Source: Flaccisagitta enflata (taxonomy: Eukaryota). From it: a stretch of DNA of 64,000 nt. Below the pieces are notes generated by a model that had not been told where the DNA came from, did not search any database, and saw only the letters and a program-made list of their open reading frames with translations. The DNA lies in the NCBI GenBank assembly GCA_965153355.1, contig OZ231126.1, positions 31,434,001 through 31,498,000 on the forward strand, read 5' to 3'. Below, in pieces: positions 1 to 13,600 of this stretch. How positions within the stretch are numbered: the first letter of the stretch is position 1; every line of letters starts with the position of its first letter. The position numbers and the translations under genes are program-made.

Positions 1-3000
1 ATTCAGGTACTGAGTGTTCAATGAGATGATTCCCCCTCTCTCGTTCTTTCACCATTACAAAGGGCCCCTCACCCCACCCCCTGCTTTTCCCTCTTTCGCG
101 CCCTCGATCCCCAAAACCCATTTCCATCTCATACCGACCGTCTCCCTGCCCCCCCCCCTTCTTATCCCCCCTTCACTTCTCCCCCTCAGGATCATTGATT
201 TCTGTGGGTCCTTTTGCCGATGTTTCTGCCATGGAACAGATCAACGTTCAAGGCACCAAAAACATCATCGATGCTTGCAAAAAAGCCGGAGTGGAAAGAC
301 TCATTTACACTAGCTCGCTGGAAGTCGCCATTGGTACGCAATCAGGTTTCATCGTGTCTTGTATGCACATCTTTTTGAGTCAGTTAGTCTGACAGATTGT
401 CTCTATTTCTTTCTATTATTTCTACAAAACATAAATCTAGAATCATAGGAATAACCAAGGCCAAGGTTTAGAATGCCCTATTCTAGTTTTTCTTCAGTTT
501 TGCTTGTTATCATTGTGAATGACCTTAAGAGAAATTGGTCATGGATAGTCAACCTAAGAAGGATGCTTTTTTTCTTGAAGACCCGATATCTTTTATCTTC
601 TTTCTTCTAATCATTTTTTTGTTGTCAGGATTTGATCCCATTTATAGCGGGAGAGAGGAGGAAGTTCTGGTACCTCCAAAAAATGGCCAATTTTTGATGG
701 GCAACGGATACCCAAGGACAAAATTTTTAGCCGAAAGATTCGTTCTTACTCAAAATGGCCAAGGACTCAAAAATGGTGCGTTACACCGTCTTGGGTTCAG
801 ACTGTAAAATGCCAAACCTTTATAGCTCCTAAACCTAAAAAAAATCGTGAAATTTTCAGTGAATATTGATAACTTGTGAGTTGTGACGCTTTTTGCATGT
901 CAAAGCTCCTATCATAGTATAGAGAAGGTGAGGGAAAACAAGGCCGTATACACGAGCCGAAGTCGCGTGCGGGTGGGCAGGAGCGGCGAAAAAGCAAAGT
1001 ATTACAGACAGACAGACGGACAGACGGACAGACGGACAGACAGACAGAGTGGGTCATAGAGTCGCGTGCACGCGACTAAAAAGATATTGAAAGAAAACCC
1101 ATTTTTTAATAAAGATCAATTTTTCTCTATTTCCTTAGGAAGGAGTTGTCTTTATCTGCTTGAAATTGCTTTGCATTTCAACAAAAACTATAGGATTTAT
1201 TTTTGATGACAGATGTTAACTTTTGTTTTATCTATTTGCTGCAAAGTCTGAGAAAAAAATAGCACCTTCTGAAAAAAAAAGGTAAAAAAAGCAATTTTGC
1301 TTAAAAAATAGATGTTCTTTCAGTATTTTGTTTTCCCCTCACCTTTTCTATACTGTGATCTTTCTTTGACATGTAAAAACCGTTACATGTTACTAATATT
1401 CATTAAAAATTTCATGATTTTTTTTCAAGTGGTTTAGGAGCTATAAAGGTTTTGCATCTTACAGTCCGATCCGAAGACAGTGTATTTTCTGAATCGCAGG
1501 TTATCGTCAGTTAAGGACAATTGAAGAACGAAACGCGCTGATTGAAAATGCAATGAAATTGATAGACTTAATGCAGAATGCAGAAATGTATGATCATTGA
1601 TGACTTTCGAATGTATATAGAAACTCCGCTATAGCAAATTCACGCTGAAACGGTTTTTTTTTGCCACGTTTTCAAAAAAGAAAAAAAAAACAACTTCAGC
1701 TCCTTTAAACAGATTGTCCCTAATTTGTGAATTGGCAATGGCAAAAAACTTTGTTACCAACATATCCGCCATAGTGAAAATTGGCTGTCTGTATTCGCCC
1801 ATCGATCTCAGGTGAAAATGAAAGGCAATTGTCAACTTTGGCTCTTCGTTTGACGATGCAATACGGAGAACAAGACAATCACGTCATCGCGGAAGCGCTG
1901 AGGAGGGCAAACAAAACTAAACCTTCGGGTAAAGAGGTGCCTCATGAAGATCCATGAGATTCGTCGGACTATTTGTCCATCTGTAGTAGTCCAATTTCCG
2001 CCTCCATATTTCCAAGAACTGTAGTATCACATGGATGCATAGTTGAATGATCATATAGCAGCCCCGTTTCGAAATGTCCCTAGCTTGCCTATAGCTATTT
2101 ACATACTTAAGTGATGGATCTTTTGTAGTCTATCAGTAGCTTTTACATGATGATGATTTCCGTATATTTATAGCTCATTAGCTTATGACGTCATATGTAT
2201 TATGTAGTTTTATAAAGAGGAATACCTTTTAGCTAATTTACTACTTAAAGGATGGGATGGTTGCTCACATTTTCCGTTTTGGTAACTGACGTTTGATGAA
2301 TAAGCTTCCTTTTCAATCTCAGGAATTACTGTAGATAGATTGCAGTCTGATTGCTCATACATTTTGCAATACTTTGCTTGATATTTGATTACCTCATTTT
2401 GATGATCAGGTGTGATAAGCTTATCAGTAAGTGTGCTGGTAGTGAATTGCTGAGAGGTCTTTTGCCGTACCAATAGTCAAACATCGACGTCAAGATTTTC
2501 TAGTTATCCTTTCTCCCATCTCTACAAGATAAGAAGTCAATAAGTTAAGGAACCCTTTTCAAGAGACAGATGTGGAGTTGGCTGCCTGAGCAAGTTAGTC
2601 ATTCTGCCACGATTCTATCGCAATGGGCACACGCATGGATGCCCTGTCTACACCATTGGACAGTGGCAATTAGTCAAGACACTACAAGTCTGGATTCCTC
2701 AAGAGTCAGGTCCGTAGTCACTGTGCCCCAATTGTCGCATGAACACCGATACAACCCTGAACAATAACCTTTGTTTACACATCTATCATCCATCCATCCA
2801 TCCACCATCCATTTATCCATCCATTCAGCTGTCCTGCCATCCATCCATTCATCCATCCATCCATCAACCCATCCATCCATCCATCCATCCATTCATACAT
2901 CCATCTGTTCTTCCATCCATCCACCATCCAACCATCCATCCATCCATCCATCCATCCATCCATCCATCCATCCATCCATCCATCCATCCATCCATCCACA

Positions 3001-4742
3001 TTATCACTCTATGCTTTGTCTGCTTCTTTTTTTCATGTGATCTGCCATAATTCCAGTTCACAATCTCCCGCAAACAAGCAGCGAGTGAGAGATTTTCTTT
3101 TTGGAAAAGCTCTTTAATGATTTTCTGTTATAAAATAATAATCTTCTTCTTAATCCATTCCTGCAGGCAAACTCCCGAAGCTCAATCTGCAAAATGATCT
3201 CTTGCAAGCGACTTACGCTGGAAACTCGGCGTGGGCCCACATCTGCGCGCTGAGAGCTTTGAGACAACGACCTCAAGGTATTACATGGAGGAGGCATCTC
3301 AGCATGAAATAGTTCAGCATCAGATTTATAATATCAGTCTCACATCTGCGCGCTGAGAGCTTTCAGACAAGAACCTCAAGGTATTACATGAGGACGCATC
3401 TCAGCATGAAATATTTAAGCATCAGATTCATATTTTGGACTCAAATCTGCGCGCTGAGAGCCTTGAGACAACAACCTCAAGGTATTACATGAGGACGCAT
3501 CTCAGCATGAAATATTTAAGCATCAGATTCATATTTTGGACTCAAATCTGCGCGCTGAGAGCCTTGAGACAACAACCTCAAGGTATTACATGAGGACGCA
3601 TCTCAGCATGAAATATTTAAGCATCAGATTCATATTTTGGGCTCAAATCTGCGCGCTGAGAGCTCTGAGGCACAACCTCAAGGTATTGCATATAAAGGCA
3701 TCTCAATCTCTTCATGAAATATCATAGCATCAGATTTAGGATTTTGGGCTCACGTTTGCGGGCTCAGAGCCTTAAGGTGCATTCAAATCACTTTCTTACG
3801 AACACGCCAGTAATGATGGTCGCAAAAGCTTTTGAGGGTGCCACTGACCGGTCAGTGGCACCCAATGCTTCCAGATTACTGTATGTGGGAGTGATGTGGA
3901 GAGAAGGGCAGCGACCCCAAGGGACCAATGACCTATGCTTATGCGCATAGGGAATCATGGAAAATTTCTTAGTCTATGAGGTGTAAAAATATAGGTCATT
4001 GATCTCTGTGGGACCGCTGCCTGAAGGTGGTTACTGTTTTTGAGTAGCGGCCCCAAAGGGGCCGATGACCTATGCTTTCAAATATGAGGAAATTTCTCCT
4101 CCTTCTCCTTCATACTCCCCCCTGCCTCTAAAACTAGATCCCAGCCTTGAAACCCAAATCCCATCCTCGAGACCCAAATCCGAGCCTCAAGGCCAAAATC
4201 CAAGCATCAAGGCCCAAATCCCATCCTTAAGGCCCAATTTCCAGCCTTCAGGCCCAAATCCGAGCTTTTAGGCCCAAATCCCAGCAAAAGACCCAGATCC
4301 CAGCCTTGATGTCTGAATCTCAGCCTCAAAGCTGAAATCCCAGTCCTAAAGTCCAAATACCAGCCCCAAAATTTAAATCCTAATCCAAAGGCCAAAATCC
4401 CAACTGCTACGGGGGAAAATTTCCCCATGTGTGAAAGCATAGGTCATCGGTCCCTTTGGGGCCGCTGCCCTCAATTTCAATCACAACCTACTTAGGCAGG
4501 GCACGGGCACCGCTGACCGTCTAACGCTTTTGCGACTTTTCTTGCTGAAAGCCGCGTATTCGAATTTTTAGTTTGCATGAATTTTTTTTTCTTGGCACAG
4601 ATTGTGGAGGAAGAGCTTATTTCATCACAGACGACTCCAAGCTTCAAAAAACATTTGATTTCATGTCCACCTTCATGCAACCTTGTGGTTACGAATACAC
4701 AAAGCGGGGGATACCATTTTATCTGGTTTATTTGTATGTTAC

Positions 4743-4821
<79 letters not shown>

Positions 4822-7589
4822 TGTAATGGTTGGGGTCCCCCTAGTGCTACAAAGATTCGATAACACAGCTCAAACTTGCCCTTCATCTCTCATGTCTTGC
4901 GCACACTTATCTGAGTGATAAGAACGCAAGATTTATTCGTCAAAGCGATTCGCTTTTGGGAGCTAGGGACCATCAGCAAAAAGTCTACTTTTAACCTTAT
5001 TTATTTCCATTTATATAGAGAGGTTGGCATGTAAAAGTTCTTCGCCCTTGGAAGCTAGTAACCATACAAATCAGAGAATCTCGACATAATCTAATCCAAT
5101 ATACTTTTAACCTTGTTCATTTCCATTTTCATCTATAGAGTGGTTGGCATGCAAGAATTCCTCGCCAAAGCGATTCGTCCTTGGAAACGAATCAACATCA
5201 CAGAATCAAGACACGGACTCCAATTCATCAACCACATCCACTTCTTCGATTCATCCCTCGCGAAAGAGTAAGAACACAGGATTGTGGTATCTGTTCATGT
5301 CTATTTACGTATCTTTACGTCTACAGTCTATGGACATTTCGGTATTTGTATATATGTCAGCAGTTTGGTATATTTCAACCCGTTGAAATCTTTCATTTTG
5401 GCATATTTCAAAGGGTTGAAATCTCTCATTTTGGCACATTTCAACACGTTGAAATCTCTCATTCTACAAGATTGATATCAGTAGAATGAAAGATTTCAAC
5501 CAGTTGAAATATGCCGGAAGTAGTGTTCGCAAAAGCAGTGGATTTTATTTCTGCTAGCAGAAAGCAGAAAAAAATATTTTTCTGCTAGCACTGCTAGCAG
5601 TAAAGAGCAGTACATATATATAAACTAACTGTTACCTTCTTACCATTCAAAAATGGGTAAAAACTACCAAAGAAGAAGTGTAATGGACTTTTAACACATT
5701 TGCATTAAATGAGGCCACAACAAGGCCAGCAACAAGACCAGATACATGACACCACTGTATTGGGTGGCTGGACACTGTCATTACAATGGAAAAAAAACCA
5801 CAAACAATTCAAGTGTTACAAACCAACGGACCAAGCGACTGACCTGTGTCTGCAAAAAAAGAATTGAACATAGGTTGACATGGTATGTTTCAGAATGGTC
5901 TCAATCAGTGGAAAGGCTTTTGATTTTAGGCTGTGGGTTGCATAAGCCTTTTACAATGGGAAGATCAGATGGATGTGAGGGATATTTGGATTATGCCCCA
6001 CCACCGTTCAGTACACTCATCTGATACTCTTTCTTGTCACTGGCACTTGTAGCAAACAGGAGAAAATCATTATTTTTTTCTTTCAATGGAATTGTTTTTT
6101 TGAATAATTTCATGATAATGCTAAGATGGTCTTAAATGTTATTGAATGCTAAGGATAGTTGTGATGGGTCCGGATTTAACACCATTGAGAGCTCCAAAGG
6201 CTCTTATCCTTTGGTAAGATAGGGTTGAGTAATAATGTTGTCCAACTTTCATAGAGATGTGTGTTTCAGGAAGGAGATAGTATCAGTATCTTGCCATTAT
6301 AAGTATTAGAGGAGCATGAGAAGGTGCCCAGATGGATAAGGTCTTTATTGGGCCACCATATTCATCTGGTGTTTTCTTGTGGTCTGCATATCTCAGAAAT
6401 AGACAGGAATTGGTTACCTGTTTCAAAATAGCACATTACTTTTTGATATGCCATGATAATCTGTGCAGTGGGAGTATTTTCTGAAAAAAGATAGTACTTA
6501 GTAAAGGGTCCAGATTAAACACCATTAAGAGCTCTTAAGGCTCTTGTCTTTTCATGAGGTAGTTTTGGTAGTAATGTTATCCAACTTTTACAACAATCAC
6601 TTGGTTTTCAATGAATAAGGATGGAGGAAGCCAATACTTTAAGATGGCATATTGTATGAATTACTTTATCAGCAATCGTCGCAATAAGCATCCCAGCTGC
6701 ACTAGATGCACATTCTTCCTCTTCCAGAATTGTTAGTTCAGCTGAAAAGGTATTTTTTTGTAGTCTTGAGTCCAATAGATATTTCGAATTTAGCATGTCT
6801 CTCTGATTCTGGATGTATGCCATCACTTCAAGGTAATTGTCATGAACATCCTTTACATATTCATGTATAAAATTATCATTTTCTGAAGATCTTTTTATCA
6901 TTAAAATAAAAAAAGAGTACAGAAGAAATCTTTGTACATATTTTATTTGGATTTTTACCGGAAAATGGACAGAGAAGTATCAAAACAAGAATTTTCACTG
7001 CTACTTACTGCTAGCAGCTGAAAACTTTCTGCTAGCAGAGCAGTTTCAAATTACTGCTAGCAGCTCTGCTAGCAGGTTGCCTGCTCGTGCGAACACTAGC
7101 CGGAAGGAGATATTTCAACGGGTTGAAATGTACCAAACTGCTGACATATCTACAAATACCGAAATGTCCATAGACTGTCTATACACTAAGTTCTGTTCCG
7201 ACATGAACAGAAGCGTCACTTTTGCCCAGCTGTCCTGTAAGAGACAAAGCTCTGAAGGACGGAGAGGGATGCTGTCCTTCCATTTCATTCGTCCATCTGA
7301 CTTTCCCGGTTTGGTTTTACTAGATGTTGTCTGTTATGGAACTGCTGCCAAAGGGCCATGCTTCCAGTAATGTTGGGACAACAATTAGAAAACAGAGGTT
7401 AGCGCGTGGAAATTCAACATGGTTGCAGCGTTCTTACTATTTGATCCATAATCATCACTTACTTTCTCTCCTCTACTCAGAAAATTGGGTTATTCGCCCC
7501 TTTTTGATCGCGAGACCTCAAAGAAAAAAGCCATCGAATATTACGTCAATTTCGCCGATCAACTTAGACGAGGAAGGCACAGTTTTTGA
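1..7589 (+). CDS. 3-beta-hydroxysteroid dehydrogenase/isomerase-like extended SDR, 5'-partial gene; join(<1..6,190..333,629..775,1812..1928,3167..3277,4601..4733,5139..5267,7481..7589)
   Basis: Spliced translation shows family motifs [18 protein letters not shown], catalytic YxxxK (YPRTK), [28 protein letters not shown] and AKEKLGYSP. All introns are GT-AG with matching phases. The ortholog (HSD3B, HSD3B7 or SDR42E1-type) cannot be resolved by eye. Confidence 0.9.
190..333 (+). CDS. 3beta-HSD-like exon ([47 protein letters not shown])
   Basis: ctcag acceptor, gtacgc donor, 144 bp, phase 1/1. Confidence 0.9.
629..775 (+). CDS. 3beta-HSD-like exon with catalytic YPRTK
   Basis: gtcag acceptor, gtgcgt donor, 147 bp, phase 1/1. 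Confidence 0.9.
784..1482. mobile_element. MITE with long TIRs and TA target duplication (Tc1/mariner-like)
   Basis: Imperfect inverted termini longer than 50 bp, flanked by TA; hosts a nested element at 936-1082. Confidence 0.75.
1812..1928 (+). CDS. 3beta-HSD-like exon ([38 protein letters not shown])
   Basis: ctcag acceptor, gtaaag donor, 117 bp; not in the supplied ORF track. Confidence 0.85.
2500..2776 (+). repeat. Interspersed repeat of about 275 bp, copy 1, abutting a (CCAT)n tract
   Basis: Inverted homolog at 61703-61978. Confidence 0.75.
2780..3000 (+). repeat. (CCAT)n microsatellite
   Basis: Direct reading. Confidence 0.95.
3167..3277 (+). CDS. 3beta-HSD-like exon ([36 protein letters not shown])
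   Basis: ctgcag acceptor, gtatta donor, 111 bp; matches the YxGNxAWAH motif. Confidence 0.88.
3238..3785 (+). repeat. Tandem array of about 101 bp derived from an exon 3' end plus splice donor
   Basis: Six units, each with ATCTGCGCGCTGAGAGC...CCTCAAG|GT or a decayed version. Confidence 0.9.
4601..4733 (+). CDS. 3beta-HSD-like exon ([21 protein letters not shown]...IPFYLVY)
   Basis: cacag acceptor, gtatgt donor, phase 1/2. Confidence 0.88.
5139..5267 (+). CDS. 3beta-HSD-like exon ([15 protein letters not shown]...HFFDSSLAK)
   Basis: ctatag acceptor, gtaaga donor, phase 2/2. Confidence 0.85.
5324..7177. mobile_element. MITE with CAGTCTATGGACA TIRs, interrupted by a hAT-like element
   Basis: About 65-bp inverted termini; the same TIR core occurs at 26789-27135. 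Confidence 0.75.
5521..7098. mobile_element. Non-autonomous hAT-like DNA transposon
   Basis: TAGTGTTCGC...GCGAACACTA TIRs, perfect 8-bp TSD GCCGGAAG, subterminal CTGCTAGCAG palindromes. Confidence 0.85.
7481..7589 (+). CDS. 3beta-HSD-like terminal exon ([21 protein letters not shown]...RHSF*)
   Basis: ctcag acceptor, LGYxP motif, TGA at 7587-7589. Confidence 0.87.
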
Positions 7590-7810
7590 TCTAAATTCAA
7601 GATTTGAATAGTTTCTTGTTGGCAAATGAGCCACGTGGGTCTCCCGATTACCAAACGTTATAGATTGATTTATTGCATTCTAGTCAGTTACAAATTGATA
7701 TGAAATGCGCTATTCATTACCCAAATAACAGTGGAGTACCGCTAGAGCGCACCCGCTATCAAGGCAGGCCCGTCTACGCAGCAACTTGCTATCCCATAAG
7801 AGATTTTGTA

Positions 7811-8309
7811 CAGTAGATGTCGTCTAGACTTAGAAATACGGGGGAGCTCATAACCTGAGTATTAGTAAAGTGAGGGGGCTGATATTTTGCAGAGGTAACG
7901 TGTAAACCCTAAATGGTTGACGATGGGGTATGGTATCCCCCTACGGCTTCACTTAGGAAAAAAACTTTTATTATAAAACTATAGAAACAATCTTTTTTTT
8001 TGCAGAATTTCAGCTTCATCTATTTGCTTGAATAGCAAAACCAGCCGAGAGTTCGAACCTGGAACCTTAAATGAAAAGATCAGTAACTAATTAATCTGAA
8101 GTCAAGTGAGTTAACCACTAGACCAACTTCTGAAGCTGATTTTATGAAGAGAATTTGATAGAATGTATTCAAGGGAGTTTTCCATCTACAGAGCTGCCAT
8201 CCCCCCTTCAGGTCATAAGCATTATACACACACAGTTTCATTTCAGTTACATAAATGGTATTTAAGATATGAGGGCCCCCGTATTTCTAAGTCTAGACGA
8301 CATCTACTG
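7811..8309. mobile_element. TA-flanked MITE (CAGTAGATGTCGTCTAGACTT TIR) carrying a tRNA-like module, copy 1
   Basis: About 35-bp TIRs, TA TSD; second copy at 20107-20615. Confidence 0.85.
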
Positions 8310-8430
8310 TACTTATTTCTATATTGGCTATAAGGTAGCTTCACTATGAGGCATCATTTTCCCCACTACCTTGACATGCGCTGTAGTGAAGCTCTATTGC
8401 ACCTGATTTACTACTGTATGCATTCTTAAC

Positions 8431-8513
<83 letters not shown>

Positions 8514-9141
8514 TTCGAATTTAATTGTTAACTTGTGTTATAATCATATCCCTCTCTGACATGAATAATTATGGATTGCCACGGGGAACCAAGTTCAACA
8601 CTAACAAGTGCATTTTAGAAATGTCAAACTATAAAGATAGCTATTGTGTTGGCTTTTTATTTACTGCACATTACAATGAAATGCAAAATAAAGAGCAAGA
8701 ACAAAAGAATTTTCATAATAATGTCTGCGTTAATTTGCTTCTTTTAACGAATTTTTAATTGAATTTTAAGTATGCACTTCGTTTATTCTGTCTTAATCAT
8801 AAATAAAAAACGGTCAATTTGACTTCTATCTACCAATTTGTCATACCGTGACAAACAAAGAATGTTCAATTATATCTAAAGAAATAAATTACCTGTCAGT
8901 TCAAAACCGTGTCTCCAACAAAAAGTCCAACGCCTTCTTAAACAATGACTCGTTTTTTAGTAGCGTGCTACGCGACTCTACACCCTGCTATGTCAGTCGG
9001 TCGGTCGGTTGGTTGATCGGTCAATTGGTCCCCGTTATACTTTTTCGGCGTTATTGAGCTTTTTGGGCATACTGCTCCTGCCCAGATGTCCTAGTGAGCT
9101 TCTCCTGCACTGCTCCTGCCCTCCCACACGCGACTAGGGTA

Positions 9142-9540
9142 CCACGCGTATAAAAAAAAAGACGAACCTTTCTTTTCATTGATAAAACAGATGCAAATAA
9201 TGATTAAAACTTTTTTTATTTGAGACATTTTCGAAGATTTTCGAAAAATCTTTCATTCTAGACCCATCCCAGATCTTTATCTCAAACGGTTTAGGAGCTA
9301 GAGCCTTCCAAAGAGAAACTCTATTTTGCTAAAATGCACTTTTTATATAGGGATTGTGAAAGTGAAAAGGCAAAGTTTTCATTCAAACTAATGCCATTTT
9401 CAAACAAAAACAGATAGAAATACCATATGAAAGTATTTTCAAAGGACTTTCCAATGGTCTGAAATTTGATTAGGTTTTATTGAAATTTGTTGCCACAATG
9501 AGCCATTCAAAAGTACGTCTTTTTTTATTGATACGCGTGG
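9142..9540. mobile_element. MITE with CCACGCGTAT TIRs and TA TSD
   Basis: Relatives at 47662-48077, 48353-48968 and a partial copy at about 46180-46515. Confidence 0.8.
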
Positions 9541-9739
9541 TAGCCGTGTATCCGGCCTTGTTTTTTTGGAATGTGACTTTCCGTCTCTTCCTCAGTAATT
9601 TCTTTTGATATTCCATGATAAAATTGTGCGGGCAAGCAACAAAAAAATTTGTGGCTAACTGTGACTGTTTCGTAAATGACTTTTGTCCTTACCAATAGAG
9701 TTAAGGAAACTGTGAATTAAGCGCAACTCATGGTGCTAG

Positions 9740-10620
<881 letters not shown>

Positions 10621-13600
10621 GTTGGAAGGTAAATGAAGTGAAACCGGTTCTGTCTTCGATTTGAGGTCAAGAGTTTCTCTTTCGCAACTCAGATCTAACC
10701 TTACAAAATGTACTCAATGATATTCAATGAGTACTACGCATTAATTTCACGGACAAAAAGAGAAACATTTTCTTTTCTAACTCTAAGCCACGCTTTGCTG
10801 ATCCGATAGTCTGTCCGTCCGTGCATCTGATGTGTGAGACAGTGAGGGAGTAGAGAGAGGGAGGATGATAACAGGGAACAAGTCTTAAATTTACGACTTT
10901 TCTTCCTACTGCGCCATAAGTACCTTTAATTCAACTTTCGTGTTTGATGTTGTAGCCATTATTCAGACTGCATCATGCAAAAACTCCTCAGGCCAATTAT
11001 CAGGGTTAAGCTTGCAAGATTTTTGACACGTGCACCATTACCTCATTTCAAGATTGTTTCAGCTTGTTACTCAACGCCTTAGTGTGATATTGGTTGACCA
11101 TACAAACGAAATTATTGAGTAAAGTGATGACCGCACGAGATAACCTAATACAGAACAACGTTACAGCGAGCGGCGTTTCTTGTTTGATGCTTGTTCTAAC
11201 TCGGAATGTAACACCTAAAACTTGTACAAGTTGACTTTCGAGCTAAGAAAAAAAAATCGGCGGAAGACAAATGATCTCATTTTCATTTTCCTGTCCAGTT
11301 TTGAAACTTGATTTCTTGGACGCTCATCAGATCATACGCAAGTTTAATTGCTAATTGATGGCGAAAAGAAATGCTTGTATTCCTATTGGAGTTATATTGT
11401 ATTGCAGTCACTGGACAAAATGACAATAAAAAGATTTATTCATTCATAAGCAAAAACTGTATTTTCAGATCATATTTTCACTCCGTTTTCTCACTCTGAT
11501 TCCAATTTATTCTAATTTTTTGGTCTTAATCCAACCGTGAGGCCTAGGTACATAACTACAGAGCAAAGCCATAGCTTTGAAGTCCAATTGACCTCATATG
11601 GAAACCAGTTAAACCACTATCCCACAACACTAGATTACCAATAACCGTTGGTCAAGCTTTTGCAACAACATTCTCATCAAAGTGTAAGGGAAACTCAAGT
11701 TTTCGTTTAAGTTCTTCCCGGAAATTGATAAAAAAGCTACTTTTTAGAGCAGCGCTTCATCACCAAAAGTTGCAATTTGAAATCACCACCGATTACACCA
11801 ACGACTCACGTAACAACATTTTCATTTTCAATAAAAGAAAAGAAGAAAAGAAAAGAATCTAATTTAAAACTCGTCGATTATGAAATCTTTGTGTTATTCA
11901 TTCCCTTTCCACTTTCTTTTTCTTACTTTTAATCAAAATTTTTAATGAATTCTTTACGGAAGTTAAACTCGAATTAAACCCGTTCGGACAAGGGGCATTC
12001 AATTGTTTCAGAGAAGTTCATACTGAGTCGAAAATACATTTTAGTTAGATGAATCATGAACAGCTAAACAATGAAGCAACCAAAAACCTCAAAACTCAAT
12101 CTGAATATTGTAGTAGCTGAGGAGTAGTTACGAATATTGCAAAGTTATTCGCTTGCGGTAATAAAGGGATCTAACATCTGTTCAAAAATTGTTGGGATTG
12201 CATCTATTACTATTAGAAGTTAAACTAACAATGGCGTACCTATTCAAGAGGCGTAACTCTTCATGAGGCTCTTGTTGACCCAGTAGGATGAAATCATTTT
12301 TAAAGGTTCTTCAGAGTTTGTGATAAAAGATTCGGAGATTAAAAAAAAAAAGATTCGGCAACTATTGTAAAAGAGATGATTGCTATTGCAAACCTGGAAT
12401 GACTTCAGAAAATCTTTAGATAGTGAAACCATTTAATGTTGCAGTCTCAGCAATTGTTGCCAAGGTTGTAACCAACTGACGCATACTTTTTATAGACCAA
12501 GCATCGGACGAACTGATATTTTGGAGTACAGAGGCAATGTTTGTGAATTAAGCAAACGAGCTGAATGGCACGAGCAAGGTAACCCTTACGCCCTTCATCG
12601 GAGCGAGCAGGAAAAACCCATCGGTAAATTGGGAATTAGTTCTCTGTTTCAAAATCAAATTCGATTAATGGTCGGTTTTGTAAATCAGAAAATAGCACTG
12701 CACTCAACCACTTGTTTCCTCATCCTAAGATTTCAATGCAACGCATTGCTCCGCTACGTCGACACATCGATCGGATCGTCAGTGTGTCTGTCTGTCAGTC
12801 TGTTCGTCACATCTTATTTCTTTAAATGGCTTAGTACTGCTCAAAGGATTTACCTCAGCTTAAGAAACAATCAATTGAAAATAGGGTGGGGGGTGGAAAT
12901 GTTCTTACCATTGTTCCCCTGTCACTGTTTGTATATTTCTTCCTATATTTTGACCGAATTTATGAGATAGTTTGGGATGACCTGCTTCGAGGCCTCCCCT
13001 CGGTAATATCTTAACCATTTTAAGCGTCATCACGTAAGAATGGTTATTAATTTTTTGGATAAAAAAAATAAAAGACAACTGTTTTTTTTTTAAATACAGC
13101 GACAACATACAGAGAATCCCAGAGCGGTAACCTTTAGAGTGAAAGGATGCTTTCACGCTTATCGCTTTTTTGGTATCATTTTTTTAGTCTTATTCGCGGC
13201 TAACATCGGAGGAAACTTTTTTTTAACCTTCAAAAGTAGCAAAATCACGTAAGGATACTTTATTCTCGTGCTTGATGGTTCATCACAGATTTATTAGGTC
13301 GGAAATTTCAAAAATCTTTTTTTCATTTTATGTTGAATGGAAAAGTATGCTGAGCATAATCAATGCTACTAGATTTTTTTTAGGTTACTAAATCAAAAGG
13401 CAGCGATGAAAATCAGTTTAACGCCCGATAAGACATTGTTACCACAACTTTTTCCAGCTATCTTAGTTCGTATGATCATGGGCCATTATATCTAGCAAGT
13501 TGACCATGATTGTAGGGGAATTGATTCCATGAGCGCAAATTGTTGAAAAAATTGCTTCAGTCAAAGTCACTCTTTACCCCTCGGAGTTCACGGGAAAGAT

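Noticed and set aside
6608-6901. 97-aa ORF inside the hAT-like element as a transposase
   Set aside because: No recognisable transposase motif and too short
8038-8133. Functional selenocysteine or suppressor tRNA gene
   Set aside because: Poor acceptor stem, no Sec-type long variable arm and located inside a MITE; kept only as a tRNA-like module
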